Of a stretch of DNA of 64,000 nucleotides, positions 63,928 to 64,000 are shown piece after piece. Under the pieces are notes generated by a model, which did not search any database, was not told the origin of the DNA, and saw only the letters and a program-made list of their open reading frames with translations. Position numbers and translations under genes: made by a program. Position 1 is the stretch's first letter, and the number at the start of each line of letters is the position of its first letter. The stretch is from Octopus sinensis (lineage: Eukaryota), in contig NC_043001.1 of the NCBI RefSeq assembly GCF_006345805.1, positions 5,270,001 to 5,334,000 of the forward strand. Reading direction: 5' to 3'.

Positions 63928-64000
63928 CACATACTCACACACACACATACTCACACACTCCCCCACATACTCACACACACACATATATATATATCAAGAT

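Overview
AT-rich, microsatellite-dense, non-genic animal DNA. The SINE, LINE and microsatellite make-up most resembles an Octopus (cephalopod) genome; this is inference from recalled repeat families. No host protein-coding exon could be supported: nearly all ORFs in the track are microsatellite translations or transposon remnants. Contents are several tRNA-derived SINE families, an R4/Dong-type LINE in (TAA)n, CR1-like and RTE-like LINE pieces (one CR1/RTE junction), a Penelope-like GIY-YIG remnant, one full-length mariner, Tc1, maT-like and mariner relics, and non-autonomous Helitron-like elements. The main hidden signal is a set of type I hammerhead ribozyme (HHR) motifs in about six unrelated non-coding repeat contexts. 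The best is a near-identical 360-bp tandem array (57.2-58.7 kb) with one HHR per unit, a compensatory U3-A8 core in place of C3-G8, a palindromic helix III, a strongly self-complementary monomer and an inverted terminal arm. It looks like a retrozyme-like, possibly Penelope-mobilised, circular-RNA-producing element. All structures were paired by eye; no folding or database search was run.
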